Of a stretch of 64,000 nt of DNA, positions 44,396 through 54,889 are shown in pieces. The DNA comes from Hypanus sabinus (lineage: Eukaryota). The position numbers were made by a program, and so were the translations under genes. Position 1 is the first letter of the stretch, and each line of letters starts with the position of its first letter. The stretch spans positions 85,932,001-85,996,000 of the forward strand of contig NC_082717.1 of NCBI RefSeq assembly GCF_030144855.1, read 5' to 3'. Below the pieces are notes generated by a model. That model worked only from the letters and a program-made list of their open reading frames with translations, had not been told where the DNA came from and searched no databases.

Positions 44396-46981
44396 CTACA
44401 CAGGAATACATTTACATAGGATTAAAAATAAAATGGCATGAACATTTTGTCTTCTTTAAACAGTCTAGGTTTGAATATGTATGTGGAACAATTAACTTAA
44501 TTCATGCAGCTGAGTCCAAGGCATTCCAGAGAAATACAAATTCATCTCCACAGAAATATACTTGAGTAATTCAGAAATGGTTCTCTCCCCATTCTCTTCC
44601 TGCGTTGTGCACAATGATTGCCAACCAATGCAAATATTTAGAATTTCAATTATTAGTGCTAGCTTTGTTCAAAACAGTCACCTGACATCAAAATATTGCC
44701 AATTATTCCACAAACTGATTTCTGCTAAATGGAAATGGAAGAATTTTTCCCCCATTAGAAAGATTTTCCTTTATGTTATTACAGTGCACAGGACATTGTA
44801 CATTAAAAACACTTGGAAACCTAAAATAAAGACAGTGTTCAAAGCACAAAGACTACAGCAGTGCACAAGGAAACTTTAAATCTTCACGGTGACCTGAGTG
44901 CCTGCGGACACCAGATAAAAGCTTGGGCTTAACAGTGACCATCCCCAACAGTGAGGATTCAATGAATATTAAAAGATGGGTCATCATGTCATCACCCAGT
45001 ATAGTTCTTAGAATAGACTTGATTCAATGGCAGAGGTCCAGTGATACAACATAGGCTGGGTATTCTGTTAAGAACTGTTATAACCAATCAAGACACAAGA
45101 CACCTGTCATATGAATCTGCTTACCTGTGAATGGAATGTAACCCTTATTGATTTGTCAACCACCACCAAATATTTTTGTTAACATAAATTTCCCAATACA
45201 GCTGCTTTTTTTTTCTTCCATAAAATGCTTCAGACCCAAAGAATGAAGGCTACTGAAGCTTTCAAATCCAGTGTTGTCTACTTGAGTTGCACATCTCTAA
45301 GGACATCTAATATTCTCAACTTGCAAATGTATCCAGGGAATGTACAATGAACTGCCAACAGAAACACTGGATGCGAGTTCAATTTCAGCTCAGAATTTTA
45401 TTCAAGCAGACCCGAACTCTCTCACCACAAATCCAAATAACTGCTGATGAAAAAGTAGAAAAAGACAATAAAAGGAAAATTGTCACAGCAAAGTTTCTAT
45501 TTTACAGTTCTTTCAATAAGCCTTAATAAGGCAGTGATGGGACACATGAAAGCATTAGTCAAAACTGCTGAGTCATCCAGAACAATATCATAACTGCTGA
45601 AGAGAGTCACACCACTCTTCCAGCCAGAAAGGTTTACTAATTCCATCAGCACTGCAGCAAGAAAAAAGGGGGATTGATTTTTAAGCATAAATTGCAACTA
45701 TCCTCCACTCACTGGATTTTCCTGGGAATAAGGATCACTGTACCTTTACTGGGAGATATTTCTGCAGTAATAGGTTCTGTTTGCACCTGCAGTCCACATA
45801 TTCTTTTTAAACAAATTCTAACTTATTTATTTGTTGACAAAGTAAACTTTGTTTTACTCTTTTGGGCAAGATTAAATCCTGTAGCAAGACTCGCCCACTT
45901 TACAGCAGCGGTAGTGTCAATAAATTTATCATCATTATCTATGCTTTTCTGACTTTCAAAATTGTCAGGCCACAAAATTAAGCCGAGACATGAGTTGCTT
46001 GGAATGTTATGGATGTGCACCTGTAAGGACTTTTCTTGCATATTTCTAGCACAACCTATGCTCTCTATCTGATTGGTAAAGAAACATTGCAAGTATTCAT
46101 AGAAAGCAGCTTGTGATGCCAGTTGTTTGTAAGATGCCAATTTGATGGCAGAAATGATTTAGGTAGCTCCATTTATTAACCATGCACAAAGGTCTGGCTT
46201 TTAGCAGCAGAGAAATGTGCCTATTCTCTTACACTATCTGTATTAAAGATAGGGATCCTTAAATACTTGCAGCTTATTTGTAACAAGAACAACAAGACTT
46301 GGTGTAGATTAACTTGTCTCTGATTGCTGGATGACATAGGAATTGAAAAGACTGGTGTGGCTGAAGTTGAAGTTGCAGCTAGAAATAGGAGTGATGCAAG
46401 GACTTGTCAATCAATGCTTTAACAAAACTGGATTTTCTAGAAGCTATTATCCTCCATCAATGCAAGGAAGAACATTGCTTGAGGGGTCTCTTCCTTCTCC
46501 AAGGTCTTCATAGTGATGCACCATAGAACAAGCTCAAAACTATTGTGCCACCTGCAAAGTCAGCAACAGTTACTATATTCATGCCACTCATTCTTTCTAA
46601 GCTGGTCTACAGACATCAGCACTTTTAGACTTGGAACACACTGAAGCCTTAGGGAAGTAATCAAGGATCACAACAAGATGGACTTTCTCCAATGCTACAG
46701 ATCAATAGGTAGAACAAAGTATGGGAATCTGAGTTCTATATAGCTCCCAATGACATAAGGAGACACCTCAGAAGAGGACACTATATTGATATCCTGCTAA
46801 ATATTCAGATGACCACAACTCAATTATTTTCAAGATCTTAGTATTTATAATGGAACTTCGATATGAACAAAGCCAGAAAATTACCAGCATTGAAAAAGCA
46901 AGTTCGATGTTGAATGGTCTGTGATAAATGAGTTGACTGGTATTGCCAGTCTTGACATTCCCTACAAGGTACTTTAGGAGT

Positions 46982-47020
46982 CAGTCCTGATGAAGGGTCT
47001 TGGCCCCGAAACGTCGACAG
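46982..47020 (+). ncRNA. Minimal type-I hammerhead ribozyme motif (PLE-type)
   Basis: CAGTC-CTGATGA(46987-93)-AGGGTCTTGGCCCC-GAAAC(47008-12)-GTC(47013-15)-GACAG: both core boxes, a GGG/CCC stem II, a palindromic ACGT stem III, a GUC cleavage triplet and a GTC/GAC stem I. Confidence 0.75.
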
Positions 47021-47118
47021 TGCTTCTCCCTATAGATGCTGCCTGGCCTGCTGTGTTCCACCAGCATTTTATGTGTGTTGTTGTTTGAATTTCCAGCATC
47101 TGCAGATTTCCTTGTGTT
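46982..47118 (+). mobile_element. 137-bp PLE-derived insertion starting at a hammerhead motif, with a perfect 12-bp TSD
   Basis: TSD tactttaggagt at 46970-46981 and 47119-47130. The body is nearly identical to 37203-37311. Confidence 0.88.
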
Positions 47119-48311
47119 TACTTTAGGAGTATGATGGCTTACCTTACACTTACCTGATAAGCACAATTCTAACAATTCTCAAGCAGTTCGACATCAACCA
47201 TACCAAAGAAAGCTGCTTGACTAACACACTGGACAAGACCTCCAGAACCACAATGGAAAAACCGGGGAAGCCACTCACCCTGCAAATAGCTAAATCTTTA
47301 AGCAAGCTCCTCCAACCTGTACTACTGTTCTGATAGTGGTTACAGCCAAGAAAACTAGATTTTAATCAGGATGAACTGTCTTAAGTTGGTGCTAGCCACA
47401 CACAAAAAATATTCCATTAATATGTTCAAGGTCAGTAATATTACAATTGTTAATAGCACATCTCTGAAATCGGATCAGTTGGGCTGCAGCACACATTCTC
47501 TGCCTGTTTTGATCTCTTCTCAATTTCTAGCACTATTCAATTTAGCCAAAAGCTTTATCAAGTGTAGATCAAACAAAAATGATAAAATAGCTTGAATCTG
47601 AAGCAGCATTTAAACAATATTGTTGCAAAAAATTTTGCATGATAATGGCATATTAATGAATTTGTGAAGCAGAAAGTGTATATGCCAAATTTATTCCATC
47701 TGAGTGATGCACTGCCTCAAAACCCCCACTTGCACAAATTTGTTATTAGTATTGTTAATTAGCAAAAACACCTGCAATACAATATGCTCTGTAAATGTTT
47801 ATTTTAATCACACACAGAAATGTTCACATTTCAAATCATTTTGTCGTCAACTTTCAGCACTATTTGATGACACTGGCCTACAGTATTCACAATGGTGATA
47901 TGATAATGCGGCTCAGCCAATGGGCTGTTGCAGCACCTCACCAGTACTTGGGTCAGCTTTTGTAAGGATGTTTAAACTACAGAATTCAGTATTTCAGAAA
48001 TGCACTGCTATAAAATGGTCAGGCAGCTTTCACTTTCCTTTCCTTTAATGGCAAACTACCATAAATTCAATAACTTGATATGAATTAGAAAACTGATTTA
48101 ACATCACATATTAATTATGCATATTTTCACACTTGAAAATGTTAAGTTATGAGATCTATAGCTCATTCTTTCACTGGACTTTATAACAGATATGTTAGAT
48201 TGTTATATAATGCTCCTCAAATGCACAACATATAATAAGTACCCATCTCAAATTAATCAACAATTCACCCCCACCACCCCCTCTCACAACAAAATCATGA
48301 GACAGACTTAC

Positions 48312-48374
48312 CTGATGTGGGAGATTTACAACGGTCATCCATAGCTGTGGAACTTTCATTGATATCACAGAGAC
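48312..48374 (-). CDS. STXBP5: STXBP5 (tomosyn-1) exon, 63 nt, phase 1/1: (G)LCDINESSTAMDDRCKSPTS
   Basis: Acceptor tttactag|GT, donor TCAG|gtaagt. Peptide matches recalled mammalian GLCDISEGTVVPEDRCKSPTS. Too short to appear in the ORF track. Confidence 0.92.
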
Positions 48375-49309
48375 CTAGTAAAGACAATCAGCTTATTACT
48401 GTTTGGTGATGGTAATAACAGACAGCTTATAGCTATAAATATATAAATAATTAATATCACTGCCTTTAATGTACAGAAAACATCCCAAATTGTTTGAGAG
48501 AGAGATATATATCCACACAACAGAAACCTATGTATGTCAGAATCCGACAGGTTTATTATAAGACGGGAAATTTGTTTTGCAGCAGTGCAACGCTAAGACA
48601 AAATAACTATAAACTACAAAATAAATAAATAGTACAAAAGAAAGGAATAATGAGGTAATGTTTATGGGTTTGTGGACCATTCAGAAATCTGATGACAGGC
48701 TGAAAGAACTCTACTTTAGTACAATGAGAATGGGGCATCTGTGGATCCACACACATATTAAACACATTGATTTGAGGGGGAAGGAGTGCAGAGAATATTG
48801 AAGCATGCCCATTAGATCTCTTAAATATGTCACTCAAGCCTCTTGCAGCAAATGACTTGTGAATGCTGAAGTAAAACATTTTAGTTTTCCATGTCCCTGG
48901 TTCTCATTTCTATCTGAAGCACAAGTATTGTTAAGTTAATTTATTTTCTGAGATGGCCCAAAGGAAAGTCTCTTAGACATCAGCTCCCCAATTCAATCCT
49001 AATCTTCCAAAGCACTGACTCCCAACAAGTCCATTTCTGTAATATTTCCTTCATTCTCTCTGTGTGGTTAAGTTTTCCGCTGCAAACACTTTCTCCAGAA
49101 TGTTAATTCTTCTGAAATTTACACAGGTGACATATAAAATTTTATAGTGTGCATGCACATCATTCATGAAGGCACATTATGGGATTATTGGGATGACAGT
49201 TTGGGCTATATGACCTGTGAAACTCTGAAACCTAAATTATCATTTTGTTTTTAAAAAGTCAAATACTCATCTTACTGTTCCAACTTAATTGTATGTTATT
49301 AATTAAACA

Positions 49310-49960
49310 GAGTGAGACCACAAAATGTAGCAGTACAAAGCGATTTTGGGATCCTCGTATAGAAAGATTAAAAAAAAACAAGAAATTTAGCAAATAATTA
49401 AGGCAGGTATCAAAACATTGGTTTAACTGCAACAGCTATGCAACAAAACAGGTAAGTTTTGTCGCAATTTTAAAGGCCATAGATAAGCCCACAACTGGAG
49501 GAGGAACGTGCTTTTATAAGGAGGGCCACTGGGTTGATTGCTGGGATAAAGATTTGACAGATGAAATGTTGAGCCTACACTCAACTAGGTAAAGGAGAGT
49601 GAGAGGGGATCTTATTGAAACACAAAACTCTACAGAATGGATGTGGAGTGGATGCTTCCCTAGAAGGACTATCTTGAAGCAGAGGGGTACAGTTTTAGAT
49701 TAAGGTATACATCCATTTCAGACAGAGATAAGGGATATTTTTTTGTCTCACAGAATTGTGAATCTTTGTAATTTTCTACCCCAAAAAGCTGTAGAGGCAG
49801 ATTCATTGCAATCACTGACAGACATTCAAATTGCAAGGGAGACAAAGGTTATGAGGAGAGAATGGGAAACTAGTGTTATGCCCAAGTTTGGATCAGCCAT
49901 GATCTTACTAAATGGAAAAGCACATTTTGAGTAGCCAACTGACTATTCTTGTTTTGTACA
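49310..49960 (+). mobile_element. Old CR1 3' fragment
   Basis: RGDLIET and SHRIVNLCNFLPQKAVEA remnants; 3' UTR gatcagccatgatcttactaaatgg. Confidence 0.75.
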
Positions 49961-50267
49961 TTCTAATAATATTGTGATAGCACCAAACATGGAGATTATA
50001 TTTAACTTAAGTTATTTTCCAACATTTTCAATTCCTACACTTGGCTCAAAAATAGGATACTTAGATTCAAGTGTATGGCAGATATTGCTGGTATCTTACA
50101 ACTGAGATGGTAGCAATAGGAGGTTTAGTACCTCAAAGAGTTTCTTGAAAATTGCTTGGTCCAGGTGTAAAACAAGTATCACTGACAAATCCTTTGATAT
50201 TCATTTCCATTAACAACAGAATTAAACATTCAACAGCTTCCAGAACAAGTGGCCAAATTAAGGCCCA

Positions 50268-50795
50268 CTATATGACATGTCAGTCCATGGCCGCCTCTAA
50301 CGCCGCAATGTGGTCATATTCAGGTTAGAAGAGAAACACCTTGTATTCCATCTGGAGAGACTCCAACCCAATGGTATGAACATCGATTTCTTGAACTTCC
50401 AGTAATTGCCTTTACCCCTACCCCTTCACCATTCCCATCTCCCCCCTCACCTGATCTCCTTACTTGCTCATCTGGTGCTCCTTCCTCTTCCCTTTCTTCT
50501 ATGGTCTTCAACCCTGTCCCTTTGGATTCCCCTTTATCTCTTTTACCTATCAACTTCTTAGCTCTTCATTTCACCCCTCCCCCTCCTAGTTTCACCCATC
50601 ACCTTGTACTTCTTCTTCCCCACCTCCAACTTCTTGCTCTAACTTCTCAACTTTTTCTAGTCCTGATAAAGGATCTTGGCCCAAAATGTAGACTGTTTAT
50701 TCTCTTCCCTAGATGCTGCTGGGCCTGCTAAGTTCCTCCAGCATTTTGTGTGTGTTGCTTGGATTTCCAAAATCTGCAGATTTTCTTGTCTTTGT
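50268..50795 (+). mobile_element. Penelope-like element 3' part: GIY-YIG endonuclease C-terminus, 3' UTR, decayed hammerhead and family tail
   Basis: Reads DMSVHG...RLEEKHLVFHLERLQPNGMNIDFLNFQ*, then a pyrimidine-rich UTR, agtcCTGATAAaggatcttggcccAAAATgtagact, and gatgctgctgggcctgctaagttcctccagcattttgtgtgtg. Confidence 0.85.
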
Positions 50796-50959
50796 TCAGT
50801 ATTTGACAAGTTTCAATGAGATCTGCCTCAATTCTTCTATATCTAGTGAGTACAGACCCAGAGACATCAGAAATCTAAGACTTTTGCATAGTACTGTATA
50901 TTATGTCTTTCAGTTACCAAATAACATTTACTTCTACTCAGTTAATATAAAGCTAAGTA

Positions 50960-51833
50960 CACTCAGACCCCACTTAATGCTGAGGATGCATTCCTTGGAG
51001 GTGGAGCGCTATGCAAGGTCATTATAACATTACATAAATGGACATGTGTGCCTGTATATCAGTGGAGCAGCAACACAATACAGCAGCAGAGGGAAGCAGG
51101 TGGTGGTTACGTCTTAGAGGGAACAGGCTGTGGGTCCTCCTCTTAACTTTGACTTCTTCAAATAGGTGTTGAGATTTGACTGCTTTTCAAGTTCCCTCTC
51201 ATGAAGCAGTTCTTGGTAGCAGGGTATCACGCCAAGAACACCTCCCTTTGCCTTACTGCTTCACTCCCAGTCAAATCTGGTTCCTGATTTGTGTGATCAT
51301 GGTGATGCTAGTGCTGAGGAAATTTGTGGTGAGGTTTTTTTGCTGGTGTTTCTTCTTCTCCATCTGTGTATCAGATTCACCCAGGATGCATTGCTCTGCC
51401 ATTTCTCAAAGCTCTTCGTTACTAAGGCACCCACCATGAGAATGCAGTAACTCTTTAACATTGCCATTCTCATCATGCCGTATCATTTGCAGTTTTACAT
51501 CCATGCTAATGCTTTTCTTAGACATCTTAGATGTATTGCCCTCACTGGAAGTTGCAGGCCATTTTCCAGACATAATGTGTGAAATAAAATGGAATAAAAT
51601 TGGCAAGGGAGCAAGAACATTTACACACGCAAGGGAGGCAAAGTGTGAACTAACATATGATTGGTTGTGAGTGGCTCAGAGTATGTAAAGCTGATTGAAT
51701 GTATACTGTAACGGCGACCACTTTTGGGAAGTTTTGAGTGTTGTTTAGCATGAGCTTTTGTCATTTAAAAAAATTTCAATAAAGGAGTGAATAACCACAT
51801 TATAATGAATCAGCACTATGCGGGGTCTGAGTG
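50960..51833 (-). mobile_element. Non-autonomous Tigger-like element
   Basis: TA|CACTCAGACCCCACTTAATGC ... GCACTATGCGGGGTCTGAGTG|TA. Minus-strand KKSISMDVKLQMIRHDENG (HTH start) is joined to VKELLHSHGGCLSNEEL (Tigger C-terminal remnant). Confidence 0.8.
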
Positions 51834-51880
51834 TACTCTTAATTCTGTTTCCCAACCACCTTCCTATCTTAACCGATATA

Positions 51881-51940
51881 TAGTACTGTGCAAATGACTT
51901 AGGCAACCTAGATATATGTGCCTACTTTTGCACAGCACTG
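51881..51940. mobile_element. Tiny Tc1-type MITE (essentially two TIRs)
   Basis: agtactgtgcaaatgacttaggca ... tgcctacttttgcacagcact. Confidence 0.55.
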
Positions 51941-52316
51941 CACATACATTATCAAACTATCTATTATATACCTTGAGATTTGTTGTCTTCTAGGTAGCCA
52001 TAAAACAAAGAAACCTATTAGAAACCATTTAAAAAAACTGTCAAAAACTAAATGTGCAAAAAAAACCCAGATCGTGCTAACAGTAAAAAGTAAACAGAAA
52101 ACACTCAGAATTCCTACAACCACCACAGAGGAGGTGCCAGAACCTGAGATTGTTTCACAGCCACAAGTCTCACCTGCCATGCAGAGTGACCCCCTTGTCA
52201 GGAAAGACATTATCCCACAAGAGTAAGATTAAATCTATAGGCCTGAATGGGACAATTTAAAATTTACTATGCTGTGGATGTCTGTATAGTAGTTGTATTA
52301 AATAGTATACTATGCA

Positions 52317-54403
52317 CAGTGCCTTGTAAATGAATTCAGCCCTATCAACTATTTTCATGTTTTAGGGACTCATTTTCTAAATTTAAAATTTATTGAGTAC
52401 ATTTTTTGAGGTAATCTATAAAACGTTGTGCATCATGTCAAAGAAAAATTCCAAATCCTGTCAACAAATTATTAAAAATTAGAAACCAAAATTGTGAGGC
52501 TGAAAAAGTATTCATCCCCTTTGTATTTACTACACTAACTTTCCTCAGGTGCAATACTGTATATTACCTTATTAACTCACCCAGTTTGTTGATGTAAAAA
52601 ATTGGAGGATCACTTGTATTTCAATGAATTCAATAAGAATAAATACACCCTCTCTCTGTAAGGTCAAAAAGTATAGTAGATTTTCATCAGGCTAAAGCTA
52701 AATGAAGAAAAAAGCATTCAAGACAAGTCAGGGAAATGGTAATACAGATGCACAAATCAGGGGAAGGGTATAAGACCATCTCAAAGTCACTAAATAAATC
52801 TCAGAGCTCACTACAGTCCATTGTGAAAGATTGGAAAAAATATGAAACCACTGTGTAGGTTAGGCTGCCCCTCCAACTTAATTGCCAGGGAAGAATGGTA
52901 ATTCTTTGGAGAAGACCGTCTACAGTGTTGCCAACAATCACTCTGCGTGCACTATATAAGTCGGTGCCTGCAAATGGAGATGAAGTTCATGGCTCCACAA
53001 TCTCTAGGGCCTTGTACAAAAAAGGCATTTATGAGAGAGTGGCAAGAAAAATAGTGGCTAAGAGGCATATCCTTGCATGTAAAGACTTTGCAAAGTGTCA
53101 TTTAGAAGACACTGAAAAGATGTAGAAGGTCTTGTGGTCTGGTGAGACTAAAGCGGAACTTTTTGGCAGTAAGCAGTATGTGTAGCATACTAAATCTAAT
53201 ACTGCGCAGCAGTCAGGAAACACCATGTCTATTGTAAAGTATGGTGGAGGTAGCATCATGCTATAGGGATGCTTTTCAGTAGCAGGGATTGTAAATCTGG
53301 TCAGGATAGATGGGAAGATGAATGCTGCTAAATACAGAAAGATTCTGGATAAGATCCTGCTAGCCTCTGCCAGAAAAAAACTGGGGAGGAAGTTCGTCTT
53401 TCAGCAGGGCAATGATCTAAAACATCTAGATGATCTAAGTGCGAGAGCAACCATAGAATGGCTTCAAATGACGAAAGCTGATGTCCTTGAGTGGCCCAGA
53501 CAGAGTCTTGACTTTAACCCGATCGAGCATCTCTGGCAAGACCTCAAGATTACTATCCACTGCCGCTCCCCAACTACCCTGGCACTGCTCGAGCAATTTT
53601 GCAAAGAGGAATGGGTAAATCCTGCTCCATCACATTGTGCAAAGCAAACAGAGACTTATCCAAAAAAACTACTGGCTGAAATAGTTGCAAGAGGTGGCTC
53701 AACTAGGTACTGAGTAAAGGAAGATGAATACTTTTGAACTGTTGACATTTCCTAGGATTTACTAGGATGTTACCTGGGTTTCAGCACTTAAGTTACAGAG
53801 AAAGGTTGAACAAGTTAGGTCTCTATTCATTGGAACGTAGAAGGTTGAGGGGGGATTTGATCGAGGTATTTAAAATTTTGAGAGGGATAGATAGAGTTGA
53901 CGTGAATATGCTGTTTCCATTGAGAGTAGGGGAGATTCAAACGAGAGGACATGATTTGAGAGTTAGGGGGCAGAAGTTTAAGGGAAACACGAGGGGGTAT
54001 TTCTTTACTCAGAGTGATAGCTGTGTGGAATGAGCTTCCTGTAGGAGTAGTAGAGGCCAGTTCAGTTGTGTCATTTAAGGTAAAATTAGATAGGTATATG
54101 GACAGGAAAGGAGTGGAGGGTTATGGGCTGAGTGCGGGTAGGTGGGACTAGGTGAGATTAAGAGTTCGGCACGGACTAGGAGGGCCGAGATGGCCTGTTT
54201 CCGTGCTGTGATTGTTATATGGTTGTATTTCAGTTTTTAAAGTTTTAGGTTTTCATGCATACAATATTCCTTGTTTTTTTGGGCTCCATTGTAAGGAGCA
54301 CGTAATTCACAAATGAAAATTCTCAGCTAAACTGAACAAAATCCCTGTAACAGTAATTTATGTGAACAAAAGTTTGTGGAATGAATATCTTTACAAGGCA
54401 CTG
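52317..54403 (+). mobile_element. Tc1 DNA transposon (a second family) with a decayed transposase at about 52702-53713 and a CR1 insertion at its right end
   Basis: TIRs CAGTGCCTTGTAAA / TTTACAAGGCACTG|TA. Motifs VKYGGGSIML, FQQGNDLKH, SLDFNPIEHLW and IVARGGSTRY. Confidence 0.92.
53752..54225 (+). mobile_element. 5'-truncated CR1 3' end, same subfamily as 27219-31000
   Basis: MLPGFQHLSYRERLNKLGLYSLERRRLRGDL is near-identical to 30545-30796, with the same 3' UTR. Confidence 0.93.
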
Positions 54404-54454
54404 TATATAGTTGAGATGAAATCAATATTGAGTAGGAGACTAGGTAGGAAGGAG

Positions 54455-54700
54455 TGTTGTGTATTTAATATTTTGGCAATACTTGAATAATATTGTAAAT
54501 ATATTGTTTGATTAAGCATTTTTGTTTACATAATTCATTATGGGTTATATGTAAAAATATGTGAATGGGATATGTCATTACGCCACCACATAAGTAGGTG
54601 TAAATGTAAGTATGTGACTCGCTAAAGTAAAAACAGAAGTAAGACATGTTCTTATTGTATGTTTTAGAGTATAAAACAATTAGTTTCATGTTTTAGAGTT
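54455..54700. repeat. Possible solo-LTR fragment
   Basis: Starts TGTTGTG, AT-rich, and resembles LTRs I recall from ray genomes. No CA end or TSD identified. Confidence 0.3.
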
Positions 54701-54721
54701 GTTAGATTTATGCCTCAGCAT

Positions 54722-54877
54722 TGTAACCTTGATGTTGAGTCATTGTCCACTCATGGATAGTGTACAGGAAGCAGTTCTCTAGGCCTTTCTGCTGCTGCCC
54801 AGGTTGGGATCTGGCTGGATTTGAACTCAGGACTACCTGCCTCAAACTCCAGTACTGATGCTACTACACCAACACCT
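54722..54877 (-). mobile_element. tRNA-derived SINE
   Basis: Minus strand ggtgtTGGTGTAGTAGcatc (A box) ... GAGTTCAAATCC (B box). Confidence 0.65.
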
Positions 54878-54889
54878 GGTCCTCTATTT

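Noticed and set aside
45118-45200. Strong donor-like CAG|GTAAGC on the minus strand at about 45124
   Set aside because: No polypyrimidine tract or acceptor giving a phase-1, stop-free exon; an in-frame TGA lies just upstream.
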